Origin: Terriglobia bacterium
GTDB taxonomy: Bacteria; Acidobacteriota; Terriglobia; 2-12-FULL-54-10
Direction of reading: 5' to 3'
Assembly: GCA_963666975.2 (NCBI GenBank)
Contig: CAXVYR010000004.1
Span: 2,016,001-2,080,000, forward strand
Length of the DNA: 64,000 bases
Shown: piece after piece, positions 7,883 through 18,692 of the stretch
Position numbering within the stretch: position 1 is the stretch's first letter
Layout of the letters: each line of letters begins with the position of its first letter
The notes under the pieces: generated by a model
What the model saw: the letters and a program-made list of their open reading frames with translations, nothing else
Database searches by the model: none
What the model was told of the DNA's origin: nothing
Program-made: the position numbers and the translations under genes

Positions 7883-10800
7883 AAGGACAATAGTTTCTAG
7901 GGACCAACCGGGATGGTCACAGAATTGCTTTGCATGCCTCCGATGGTAAGGACAACGGGAATGTTGGATGCCGTGCGCGTGTTTACCGGAATTCGAAGAT
8001 TAATCTGATTCAGCCCCACAAAACCAGGAGCTGCACCGGAGAACAGCACCTCGGCAGGAATCCCATCAATCGTGACCATAGCGACTGAGACAGTTTGGTT
8101 TCCCGCAGATGCCTCTCCCGTCGCCAGCGGCGGGGTAACAGCTCCTAACCCCGTGCCGAAGAAGACGATCACCTCACCGGGTTGAGCCGGACTCAGTTCC
8201 GCCAGGGGCGTTACGCCGTCTTCGTGGAGGGCTGCGGCCAGGCCGGTGCCCTGCTGGTTCACGGTAAAGATGCCGGGCGCGAAGGGGGCCAGGATGAGGG
8301 TGCTCGACAGGCTGGTCTGTCCCGCGACGGTCACTTGAATCTCAGCCGAAGTCTGCCCAGTCAGCTCGAAGGGAATCTGAATGCCAAGCTGGCCCGGCGT
8401 GGAATAGAACATCGGGGCTGGAATGTTGTTGACACTCACACTAGTGCCTCCCAAGCTGGTTAGCAGCTTGCCGTCCGCACCAAAGTTGGAGAACAGCACC
8501 GTAGAACCGTCATTCTGATTGCTCCCAAAGACAGCAACAATAGATCCCGGCGCAACCGGCGCAGGGCTGGGAGCGAAACTGGCGTTGTTCACAACCCCGC
8601 CGTCAAACACTGCCGGCGTAGCACCACCCCCGGGGGGAGGATTGGATGTCCCATTCGTCGTCAGCGTCAATTGCACACTGGATGAGGTCGCGTCGCCGTA
8701 AACGAAGGCATCACTCGTAATCGAACCGGCGTCCAGATCCGCCTCTAGGATGGTGTACTGCCCCGTGCAACTGAAGGGCACACTGGGGAGGAGTGGACCG
8801 GTACCACCACAGGCTTCGATGGTGCCCGCCAGGTCATCCAGCACGGTGAAGGGAGCATCCAGTGAGGCATCTGATGTGTTCTGGATGAGGTAGCGGTAGG
8901 TGATCACGTCGCCGACCACCGTGAATCCCTGCGGTGTTGCCTCGCGTGTCAGAAGCAGGACGCGGTTGCCCACGTTGACGGTGGAATGTACACTCGCGGA
9001 GGCCGCGCTGCCACTCTGGACTACGGTATCTCTCTGAATAACGCCACGCTTCAGATCATCTATGTCGACCTTGTGTGCGATCTGGCAAGTGGCCTGGTAT
9101 TCCGCCGGCAGTTCGAAGTCGCCGCAAACGATTTTGACGATCTCGCCATTGCGATCCTCAACCAGCGTGAACGGACCGATCAGGGTGCTGGCGCTTGTAT
9201 TGCTCGTCGTGTATGTATAGGTAATCTCGTCGCCCAAACGGTTGAAAATGGTCGGCGTGACATCGGTGGTCAGCACGAGTTCACTGTTTACGGCGGGTAC
9301 GATGACTCCAACGGTGGCCGAGGACGCACCATCAGTCTGGGCCCTGCCGATCCAGGGAGGAGCCGATCCGCCCTCCACGTCGTTTTGACGGACCACATAC
9401 GTACTGCTGCAGGTGGTACTCTTTCCCACCTGCAGCGGACCGTTGCCGCACGGAGTAATCGGATCGGTCAATTCTTCAATTCGTACCGTGAAGGGGCCGG
9501 GAAGCGGCACGTTGCCTTCGTTGATGATCGTGTAGGTGTAGGTGATTACTTCGCCGGCGGTGCTGAAACTCAAGGGACTCATCGTAATGCCGAAACCGAG
9601 CCCCTTTTGCGCCAGGTCCAGCCGGAGCCGTGCTACGGGCGACAAAATGGAAGTTCCGCCGTCGAGTACCCAGGCTTCGCCGTTGATCGACTGAAAGTCG
9701 ACATCCTGTGCCGTGGTGGTGTAGGGATACATGCAGCTGGTTGTGGCTCCCTGAGCCAGCGGTCCGGTGCCACATGTGGCAATGCTGCCAAAACTCGTAT
9801 CGGTGATCGAGAAGGGGCCCGCCAGAGGGACCTCCCCGACATTCACGATGGTGAAGGTGTACAGAATGATTTCACCGGCGCCGCCGAAGATGAGCGACGG
9901 TGCTTCTTTGAGCAGGCGGACCCTCTCGGGCGAGTCGTAGGTAACGGAAGCCGAGGCCAGTTGCGACACGATCGTGCCGTATTGGGCATAGGCATCACTG
10001 GAAAGAGTGCGCGCTGCCACGTCTGCTGCCGTGACGGCAAAGCTGCGAGTACAGGTGGCGGTCCCTCCCGGCTGTAGCGGAGTCGTGCCACAAGGGCTGA
10101 TCAGGCCCAGGCGCGTATCGAGCACGCTCAACGGCTCACTCAAGGTTTCGTTACTGATGTTCGTGATCGTGTATGTCAACTGGACGATTTCGTCCGGGTT
10201 GCGGAAGCTGTCCGGCGTGGCGGTCATGCTCAGCGTAATGCCGGGAGGCGTACTGAAAGACCAGTCGGGTCCGGGCGTGGTGGTCTCCCCGTCGCTGGAT
10301 TCGACACTCCAGAAGTAGGTGCTGCTGTAGTCGAGGACGCCGGGAAGGTCACAACTCGGCGTGGTCACATCGTCACACACTGTGGCATAGGATGGATCGC
10401 TGGCCTTCTTTAGAAAGACGTCGTAGGTGACGCTGTCGCCGGCGTCGGGATCGCCGCCGTTCCAGGCGAGCACGGTGGTAACCGGCACACGTGTGCCGCC
10501 GGAGATGGGACCGGGACTTGACGGTACGTTCGGCGCCATATTGCCGGGCACCGTAGTGAACGTCCACAGCGGCCCTTTGGTTCTCTTGCTGCCGTCCTTA
10601 GCCTCAACGAACCACGTATAGGTCGTCGCATTCAGCAGACGGCCCAGGATGGGGCCATTAATTCCCGGGATACATACCGTCTCCGCGATGTTTCTGCAGA
10701 GCTCGACAGGACTTGCTGGACTGGGGGGTATCAGTCAGACGCCATAGGTGACATCGTCTCCGTCCGGATCGCCACCGCCGGTCCAGCTGAAGCCGGTCGT

Positions 10801-11549
10801 GATTGAAACACCCACTAACCCATCGGCAGGGGAAGGGGCCGTCGAGATACCGGGAGGTTGATTCGTGTCGGGCATGCTGTAGTGGAAACTGACGATGCAG
10901 GCCGTGGTCGTGCCAATGCAGTCGCCGGTTCCCGGCGACAATGCCGTCGCCACCAGGGGGCATTGGATTTGCACCTGGCCGGTATTGGAGACCGAAGCCG
11001 TTCCCCCACCACGTCGGCAATCCTGGCGCAGGTTCGTTGTCGAGAAGAGTCCTGGTCCGGGGTCCTCGCTGTCCGAACCCCGACTTGTCGTTTCGAATTT
11101 CAAATCATAGGACAGGGTTATTCGGGTTCTGGGGATTCGGGCTCTCATAATGAGCAGTGAAACTAGAAATCGCTCCCGGAATGTCACCTGCATTATGTGA
11201 GTTTACGCTCAGCAGACGTTCCGGACCACCTGTCGCTGTACCGATTTCATAGGAATTAATGGACAAAAATTGCGCTGTGTTACCTACCGTAAGTGTATAT
11301 GGCTCCCAGATTTCGGGACTGAGACTGGGCCAGGGCGTTGTGCTGCCCCGGTAGTGCCTTATCCCACCGCTCCCCGCCGCATAAAAACCCCAGAGCCCGT
11401 TCGTCGTTTTGGATAACCCGACACCACTGATACTGTCGTGACGGCTAAAGCCGAGTTCGGACGCGGTGATCTTGCCGAGATATACGGGTTGTTCCGGGTT
11501 GCGGATGTCGTAGAAAACTGCGGCGCCCTCGTCTTGACCTTCGTATTTG

Positions 11550-12998
11550 GAGGGTGTCCCATACATAGTTGAAGGTTGAACGGCGGTTCGGCCCGAATCG
11601 AATAGAATCGGGCCAAGCCTAAATCCTATAGAAGGAGAACCGCCGAATGAAGGGAAAATATCACGTTTTGGAACTGGGTTCCAAGGGAGCCGAAGAAACC
11701 ATCCAGAAGTTTTGCCAAACCAACGGACAGATGCTGTTGCCGGTGGTGGATCTGATCACGGAGGCGCGTCTGGCGGTGGATGAGGTGATTGATCGGGCCG
11801 GGCGAGGTTTGATTGAAACGATTCTGAGCATGAGCGCAGAGCAAATCGCGGGGCCAAAGAGTCCCGGGAAGGCGAGCGGAGAGGTGCGCTGGCATGGCCG
11901 GCAATTGGGGAGGGTGAAACTGGCCGATCGCCAGCTGCGGGTGGAGCGGCCCCGGCTGCGCCGGAAGGGCGGAGGGGAAGAAGCGGTGCCGGCCTACGAA
12001 GCGCTGCGGAAAAGCGAGAAGACGGGCGAGGAGATGTTCGAGGCACTGTTGAAAGGGGTTTCGACGCGGAACTACCGCGAGGTGATCCCGGAGATGGCCA
12101 ACAGCGCTGGGGTGTCGAAGTCTCAGGTGAGCCGGGAAGCGGCCGAGCAAGGAGCGCGGCGGCTGGAAGAACTGTTGGCGCGGCGCTGGGAGGAGGTCGA
12201 GATTCTGGTGATTTACCTGGACGGAATGCGGTTCGGCTCCCACCACGTCATCAGCGCCGTGGGCGTGGACAGCGAGGGCCGCAAGCATGTGCTGGGGATT
12301 CAACTGGGCGCGACCGAAAACGCCGCTGCGGTGAAAGACCTTCTCACCCGCCTGCGCCAGCAAGGTTTGCGCACGGATCAGCGCTATCTGTTTGTGATCG
12401 ACGGCGCCAAAGCGCTCCGCGCGGGGATCGAGGAAGTATTCGGCAGCAATCAGCTGGTGCAGCGTTGCCGTACTCATAAGCTGCGCAACGTGGCTGAGCG
12501 GTTACCAAAGGGCGACAAAATGCTGGCGAATCAGGTGCGGTCGCTGATGCGCGCCGCCTGGCGATTGCCCCAAGCCGAGGAAGGCATCGTGCGCATAAAA
12601 AAGCTCGCTGGGATGATCGAGTGCGATCATCCGGCAGCAGCCGCCAGCTTGCGCGAAGGGTTGGAGGAGACCTTTACGATCAATCGAGCCGACGTTCCTC
12701 CCAGCCTCCACCGCTGCCTGGCAACCACGAACCTCATCGAGAGCCCGCAGTCGGGCGTGCGGAAAAAGACTGGCAATGTTTGCCGCTGGCGCGACGGCGA
12801 GATGACGTTGCGCTGGGTGGCAGGAGCGTTTCTGCTGACCGAGAAGAATTTCCGGAAGATCATGGGTTATCACGATCTCTGGGCTTTGGCATCGATTCTC
12901 GGCCGAAGTCCAAACGCTGCTTCCTCTCACAAGGAGAAAGTGGCGTAATATGAACTCAACCCGCCGTCCCAACCTGCAACTGAGTTTGGGACACCTTC
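11550..12998 (+). mobile_element. Complete IS256-family element, 1449 bp, with 8-bp target duplication CGTATTTG
   Basis: Imperfect IRs GAGGGTGTCCCATACATAGTTG / CAACTGAGTTTGGGACACCTTC; TSD at 11542-11549 and 12999-13006. Confidence 0.93.
11647..12948 (+). CDS. IS256-family DDE transposase
   Basis: GVSTR, YLDG, VIDGAKAL, QRCRTHK, TTNLIES motifs. Confidence 0.95.
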   Translation: MKGKYHVLELGSKGAEETIQKFCQTNGQMLLPVVDLITEARLAVDEVIDRAGRGLIETILSMSAEQIAGPKSPGKASGEVRWHGRQLGRVKLADRQLRVERPRLRRKGGGEEAVPAYEALRKSEKTGEEMFEALLKGVSTRNYREVIPEMANSAGVSKSQVSREAAEQGARRLEELLARRWEEVEILVIYLDGMRFGSHHVISAVGVDSEGRKHVLGIQLGATENAAAVKDLLTRLRQQGLRTDQRYLFVIDGAKALRAGIEEVFGSNQLVQRCRTHKLRNVAERLPKGDKMLANQVRSLMRAAWRLPQAEEGIVRIKKLAGMIECDHPAAAASLREGLEETFTINRADVPPSLHRCLATTNLIESPQSGVRKKTGNVCRWRDGEMTLRWVAGAFLLTEKNFRKIMGYHDLWALASILGRSPNAASSHKEKVA

Positions 12999-15186
12999 CG
13001 TATTTGTCTAAGGGATAGTCTGCGTCCAGGGCCAATACGGCACCAAGACCTCCGGCGGCAGCGCCCGCAGTGGCACCCCCAATCCCCCCCACGACAACCC
13101 CGATCGGCCCCAAAAGAGCCCCACCAATAAGCCCACCAACTACCCCCCCAACCACACCACCTCCGGCACTGGCTCCATACCTTGCGGCGTCGGAAGCGGT
13201 GGTCGAGGCGTACTCACCACATGTGAGCCACGTGGGAAAACCTGCCACTATAGTGTCGCCATGCCACTGTTGAGCGGCAATCAGGAGAAGATCGCCCATG
13301 ACCCTTATGTCGCCGGGGTGGTTCCAGTCGCCAATGGGGCTGTTCCCATCAAAAGCGTCCATGTAGACGACCTCGCCATCAGTGCCCGGCGTATCGTTTA
13401 CGCCGTCGTTGACGGAATCATAGGCATCGGCATCGGTGCGTACGATATAGAAGGAGCCCCCCCTTCGAAACGAATCCGTGAGCGCAAAGTAGGCGCGGCC
13501 GTTCTTGCTTGGCAATGGAACGATAGACTGTGTATGCCAATATCGCTCAAATTCCTCAGGAACAATGTCGAGCCCAAAGGGTTCGCATATGCCATATTTC
13601 CCAACCGGATAACCGTTTGTCCGCCACGTCAGCGTCTGTTCTATGCGTGTGGCGTCCCAATCGCCAAAGCTGCGGGCGATGGGATTTCGACCGGGCCAGT
13701 TGGCGTACTCGGGCCGCTTGTAGCCTACTGTTTTGAAGGTGGCGCCACCAATAAACTCGGATCCGAATACGTTGAAAAGATAGTCTCCCCTCGCCCCGCT
13801 CAGCGTATGGGTCCAGGTGGAGTTGACGCCGTGGTACTCCAACGCCCCGTCAGTATTGTCGAACCAGAACTGCTGGAAGTCGGTGCTATCGGAAGCAAAT
13901 TCCCGGGACGAACGGAGGGAAAACCAGCCTTGTAAACCGCTGCAGGCTTCACTCCGCCTGAAATAGTAGACAGCGGTCTCCCCAGGTGGTACGTCCCAGG
14001 GGATCCCAAAGGGAATGCCGCCGTTGCGGGTAATGCAGCTCGATCGCAGATGGCCGTAATTGCTTTCATCGTCAGGTGCCGCCGTCAGATAGATATAGCC
14101 AGCGGTTGCGTTCCGGACCGTCATTCTGTAACCGTATCGTGCCCAGTCATGACCAATGTCGGTTGCCGTCAGCACATCGAGAAAATAGACCCCCCCACCG
14201 CCGCGAGAAAGCTGATTCTGGTAGGTGGAATTGAGTCCATGCTTCTCCAGGCCGCCATCATTACTGAACCAGAACATCTGATAGTCGATGCCGGTGGTAC
14301 CGGGCTTATTCGACGCTCGCAGCGAGAGCCAGCCCTGCAAACCAGAACAACTGCTGCTACGGCTAAAAGTCAGCGTATAGCTTTGGCCAACAGGGATGGT
14401 GGCTTCCGTGCCCAAATGACTCGAGCTAATGCAGCTCGATTGTGCATACTGTTGGTCCCATGGTGCGGTCCATAGGTAAAGCGTGGCGCCGGTCGAATTG
14501 GTAACAACCATGCGATAGAGGTAGTCCGCATGGGCAGGCGGTGTGCTGATCAGGACAAGCAGCGCTGCAGTCAGGATGGCGACAGCAAAGCGTCGGTGGA
14601 TTTTGCGGCTACTCCGTGACTTGGCGCGGCGCAGGATATCCACTAGGGTAGGGTGTAGTTTCATTTCAGTTGGCAACTATAAAACCTCATGGCACGCCAG
14701 CAATGGCAAGATCAGAGACTGTTCCGGTAATTGTGCGGGGGGCGCTATGCCTAAACGCGGAAGAACGAAATATCAAGACACTTGCCAGCAAACGTGCACG
14801 CATTCGGTTACCCGAATGTACATTTCCATTAAACCAGAATTAGTTTTTTGGCCCGCCGAGCAGTCAATATCATACACTCAATTGCGGTGATGACAAATTG
14901 CGTGTGTAAATAAAAAGGTGGAGGGTGCGATTTTTCCATTGAGGGTTCATCCGTTTAAAGATCGAGAACACGATTCGATCCACGCTCTGGTCATGGACAA
15001 AGCAAAACATGGGTCGGGTGCGGCGCCGGACCTCCACGAAACAGCCCAAAACTCACCCTGAAATTGGTATAAAAATCCGGGGCCCCTCAACCCTCATATG
15101 GACTAACATAGAAAGGAGACCAAAAACCGCGGGCAGGTTACCGGAAACCTGCGAGGCCAACAGGAGACAATAAATTCCTTGCTATG

Positions 15187-15212
15187 ACTGTGGGGACTTT
15201 TGTGGGGACCCC
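15187..15212 (+). repeat. Putative integrase arm-binding site, right copy
   Basis: Identical 26-mer to 4439-4464, 130 bp inside the right att. Confidence 0.75.
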
Positions 15213-15341
15213 GCGTGCATTTTGGCGAATTTCAGTACATCTTGGATCATCTCCCCACAAGAGGATAACTAACTGACCTGGAAGGGGTTGCAGTGTAACT
15301 GTCATCCGTCCAACGACTTGCAAAATTGGGTTGTTTTCGAC

Positions 15342-15385
15342 TCCTAAACCGCGTGTCGGGGGTTCGAGTCCCTCCAGGCCTACCA
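15342..15385 (+). repeat. att site: duplicated 3' part of tRNA-Arg
   Basis: TCCTAAACCGCGTGTCGGGGGTTCGAGTCCCTCCAGGCCTACCA, identical to 4347-4390. Confidence 0.95.
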
Positions 15386-15397
15386 GTTCTTTTCTTC

Positions 15398-15590
15398 ATT
15401 TAGAGCATCTGCCGAAGAAGGAGCAAAACGCGCTGCTGCGCTGGCTGGACGAACGCGAGCAGGCGGCTTGGGATGCGGAAGTTGAGCAAGCCTTCTCTCC
15501 TGGCGGACGTGGGATGCCGGTACTGGAGAAGGTTAAAGCCGACATCCGCGAGGGCAAGTTTAAGCCGATAGAGAAAGGCTGCCAGGCTCG
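15398..15590 (+). pseudogene. 5'-truncated small antitoxin-like gene
   Basis: LEHLPKKEQNALLRWLDEREQAAWDAEVEQAFSPGGRG..ADIREGKFKPI; no start codon after the att. Confidence 0.5.
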
Positions 15591-16186
15591 CCAGGCGACC
15601 TTGCCTCCCCACCACACCTCCGAACTGTTCCTATACGTTCTCCCTGCAGATGTAGGTTTGAAGTTTTTCGGTTCCTTTGGAATGCTCGGAAGAATTTTCT
15701 AGTTTAGGTTCCTACAATTAATCATACTGGCGGGGGAAAGAAGGCGCCTGAGGAGAACTACGCCCGCTACGGAGGCAAGCAAGGCGAAAAAGATAAGTTT
15801 TTGCGAAACGAAGCCAAAAGGTCCTTTGTTTTCAATAGGAGTTGCCGCAGAAGCCAAGAAACTGATCTAGAGCATCCAGTTAATGTAGCGGCGGAATGTA
15901 GCGCCGCCATCCTCTCGACTGGCTCCCTTCGGCTTCTCCCTCGGCTTCGCTCGGGACATGGCTCAGGGCTGGCGGGGCAGGCTCTGGCGGCTCAATGGGC
16001 CAGCGAGGCGTGAAACTCGGCGGGACAGGAGGCTGGGATTTTTTCCAACAGGGGCGGGGGACCGGGGCCGGAAGGAGCGGGGAAAAGACACAAACCTCCC
16101 CTTTGTCGCGCGGCCTGTTTCTAGTTCGTCACTGCGGTTCTTGGCGAGGTCGCCCGCTCAGCACGCGCGGTGTTTCGGGAGCCGGT

Positions 16187-16468
16187 TCAAGGGGTCATCG
16201 TGAGCCCACGATAGGCCCAAATCGCCGCGATAATCAACAGCAGGCCTCCCGAACCCAAAGCGAAGCCTTTGATCACCCGATCCAAACGGTTGATCCGTTG
16301 CACCACCTCGATCTGCTCCTGTTTTCAAGCAGCCTCAGCGCGGTCCAAGAAAACCTGATTGTCTTCGCGAAAACCGAGAATGGAACGATGGATGAAAAGC
16401 CCGAGCAGAACAACCGTCAGGGCGATCCAGATCACCAGCAGTATCATCAGCAGAGAGAGACCCAACAT
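16187..16468 (-). pseudogene. Small two-TM membrane protein with an in-frame TGA at codon 48 (not in the ORF track)
   Basis: GGAGG RBS; MLGLSLLMILLVIWIALTVVLLGLFIHRSILGFREDNQVFLDRAEAA*KQEQIEVVQRINRLDRVIKGFALGSGGLLLIIAAIWAYRGLTMTP. Confidence 0.7.
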
Positions 16469-16618
16469 GCCACCTCCTGATGCGGCAACTCGAAACTCCC
16501 TACGGGTGCTATTCTACTCCTGCCGGAGGGGCCAAGCTGGTTGTTCGGCAAAAAATCGAATCTTTTTCTGCCGGGTCTGTTTTAATGCACCTCTGTAAGT
16601 TACAGACTGCCATTTACC

Positions 16619-17632
16619 ATGCTGCGCAGATTGTTTCATTTTTGGGAAAGGCGGCTGGCGTCACGCGATACAAACCGCAGGCCGCTGCCCTTTGAGTTGG
16701 GCGTGGAATGGGTGCCGGAATGGGGCACCGGCGGAGACGGCGACAATCCCGCCGCCTATCTTCGCGCGGAACTGCAACGGGCGCTCGACCACAGCGACCA
16801 ATTTTTCAGCTATTCCCCTGTGAAAGATTTCACCCTGACGGATCATCTGCTGCGGTTCCCCAGTCCTGTCGCTTCAGCCTATGAATCCAATAACGTGGTG
16901 CAGGCGCGGTATTTTCCGGCGGATTCAAAGGGCCGGGCGGTAGTGGTCCTGCCGCAATGGAACGCCGACCGGCAAGGGCACATGAATCTTTGCCGGATGC
17001 TGAACTTTTTCGGGCTCACCGCGCTTCGTCTGAGCATGCCCTATCATGACGACCGAACGACTCCCGGCCGGGAGCGCGCCGATTACATGGTGAGCAGCAA
17101 CGTGGGCCGGACGGTTCACGCCTGCCGTCAGGCTGTCGTCGAGGGACGCGCAGCCATCGACTGGCTGCAATCGCAAGGCTACCACCGCTTTGGAATCCTG
17201 GGCACCAGCCTGGGCTCTTGCATTGCTTTAATTACGACTGCCCATGAACCCCGCATCTCGGCCCAGGCCCTCAATCACATCTCCACTTATTTCGCCGATG
17301 TGGTTTGGCGCGGAATCTCCACCGCTTATGTGCAGAAAAGCATGGAGGGCAACATTACGCTGGAAGAATTAAGGGACTACTGGCGGGTCATCAGCCCGGC
17401 AAGCTACCTGGGCCGCTTGCAGGGAACCGCCGTCCAGACGCTGCTGATTCATGCGCGGTATGATCTGACGTTCCCCACCGACCTGTCGGAGCAAACCATC
17501 GAGCTTTTCAGAAAACTGGGGCTCCCGCACAAGAGGCTATGTCTCCCGTGCGGGCATTACACAACCGGAGTGGGTATCTTCAAATGGCTCGACGGCCTCG
17601 CCATGTGCCGTTTCCTGCGCGACTCGCTTTGA
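16619..17632 (+). CDS. Alpha/beta hydrolase (ABHD18-like)
   Basis: GTSLG nucleophile elbow, YD acid, CGHY histidine. Confidence 0.8.
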   Translation: MLRRLFHFWERRLASRDTNRRPLPFELGVEWVPEWGTGGDGDNPAAYLRAELQRALDHSDQFFSYSPVKDFTLTDHLLRFPSPVASAYESNNVVQARYFPADSKGRAVVVLPQWNADRQGHMNLCRMLNFFGLTALRLSMPYHDDRTTPGRERADYMVSSNVGRTVHACRQAVVEGRAAIDWLQSQGYHRFGILGTSLGSCIALITTAHEPRISAQALNHISTYFADVVWRGISTAYVQKSMEGNITLEELRDYWRVISPASYLGRLQGTAVQTLLIHARYDLTFPTDLSEQTIELFRKLGLPHKRLCLPCGHYTTGVGIFKWLDGLAMCRFLRDSL

Positions 17633-17674
17633 GGCGCGCATCCCATCTCCGGTTGTTGCCGCCGGGAGGGTTGC

Positions 17675-18181
17675 TTATTCCTCGCCGGCGACAGGCGTAG
17701 CGCCTTTTAACTCGACGGTGTACCGTACGGCCCCCACCGGATACAACCCATCATTGATCTCGCTGATGGTGCGTTGGTCTCCGGGATCAAGCTGCTCGGC
17801 GATAATGCCTTCGCTGTTTTGATAGATCAACGTTTCGTTGGAATCGTAATAGTTGGTTTCGTACTGGATATCTTTGTAACCGTGCTGCCTGGACCGATTG
17901 GCCAGTTGGATGGTCCACATGGCCATGGTTTGGGTGCGGTCGCGATCCAAAGAAAATCGCTGGATCACCAGGTCCCGCATCGGGTCCGGCGGACCTTCGT
18001 CCTCCACAGGCGCGGAGGAAGTCGCCATGCCGGCCTGGCCTTCTCCCGGAGTTCCTGCAGGCTCCCCCCCCTGCATGAACAGGAAATAAAAACCTACCAT
18101 CAGCACCCCGACAACCGCAACGGCTCCCCCTATGATCTTGCTAGAACCGGAACCGGATTCTTGTTGGGAAGTCTCAAACAT
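17675..18181 (-). CDS. Membrane-anchored hypothetical protein with Ig-like C-terminal domain
   Basis: GGAGGG RBS, single TM helix, beta-rich C-terminus. Confidence 0.7.
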   Translation of the reverse strand: MFETSQQESGSGSSKIIGGAVAVVGVLMVGFYFLFMQGGEPAGTPGEGQAGMATSSAPVEDEGPPDPMRDLVIQRFSLDRDRTQTMAMWTIQLANRSRQHGYKDIQYETNYYDSNETLIYQNSEGIIAEQLDPGDQRTISEINDGLYPVGAVRYTVELKGATPVAGEE

Positions 18182-18348
18182 ATACCCTCCCTGCCAGGGA
18201 ATCTCCCCTGGCCGCAAACAGAGTTTCTACAAAAAAACGGTGCAATCTTGCCCCTGCCACCAGGGGAAAGATTCTACAACGAAACAACTGCGCTGAAAAG
18301 AAAAATGGACGCGGCCCGGCTGCCGAATCCGGCCCTGGGAGACAAGGC

Positions 18349-18501
18349 CATCTCCGCGCCTTCATCTCCCCTCCCTGTCTCAGAGCTTATCGGAGACTGC
18401 CTTCGCCTGGGCAAACAACAACAGCTAACCGTCGGCTGAATCAAGTGGCCGTCACACGGCGATACACCATCCCTAAAATACCATAGATGGGTGCGGAGGT
18501 G
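18349..18501 (-). ncRNA. Candidate rod-shaped ncRNA (6S-like)
   Basis: Extended -10 TGcTAGAAT at 18513-18505; 5' CTCCGCACC-CATCT pairs with 3' AGATG-AA-GGCGCGGAG; inner stems TATCG/CGATA and GACGGCC/GGCAGTC; GC hairpin and T-tract downstream. Confidence 0.4.
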
Positions 18502-18692
18502 CTGATTCTAGCACGATTGGAGCCTGATCAGAATCAAGAAAACGGTAGCCGACAGGGTTCAATACCGGGAACGGGCACGAAATCCCCCCCGGCCAATCGC
18601 AACCGGCAAAGAAAAACGAATTCACGAAGGGGGTAATTTGAATTGCGGCGGGATGTAGATGTAGAAGGGCGCTTCCGGCGGCGTTTTTCCGC

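Larger units (their letters stand above)
7897..14676 (-). pseudogene. Giant secreted/surface protein (~1,770 aa reconstructed), disrupted by IS256, a frameshift near 11110-11130 and an in-frame TGA at 10737-10735
   Basis: Removing the IS and one TSD copy joins ..DYPLDKY to EGQDEGAA in frame; ORFs 10735-11193 and 7897-10551 share a frame across one TGA; signal peptide AHA-D; Ig-like repeats (ITYTYTIxN.G..L..PF); C-terminal VVNNASF..APGSIV..APGFVGLNQIN (TIGR03437-type). Confidence 0.85.
4347..15385. mobile_element. ~11 kb integrative element (genomic island) in tRNA-Arg(CCT)
   Basis: Exact 44-bp direct repeat at 4347-4390 and 15342-15385; integrase and excisionase next to the tRNA. Confidence 0.93.

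Noticed and set aside
12502-12998. C-terminal part of the 724-aa ORF as real protein
   Set aside because: It is read-through into the antisense strand of IS256 past the TSD
4391-15341. Prophage
   Set aside because: No capsid, terminase, portal, tail or lysis genes within the att boundaries
15331-15397. N-terminus of ORF 15331-15702 and a second tRNA
   Set aside because: This is the att duplication of the tRNA 3' part; it lacks the 5' half and only incidentally opens a frame
10735-16327. Two in-frame TGA codons (10737-10735, 16327-16325) as selenocysteine or genetic-code reassignment
   Set aside because: Many intact genes here end in TGA at expected positions; the first aligns with an aromatic residue in the sister repeat (likely TGG to TGA); no convincing SECIS or Cys context
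18380-18470. SAM-I or c-di-GMP-I riboswitch on the plus strand (CTTATC, GGCAAAC words)
   Set aside because: Remaining consensus elements are missing and flanking genes are on the minus strand
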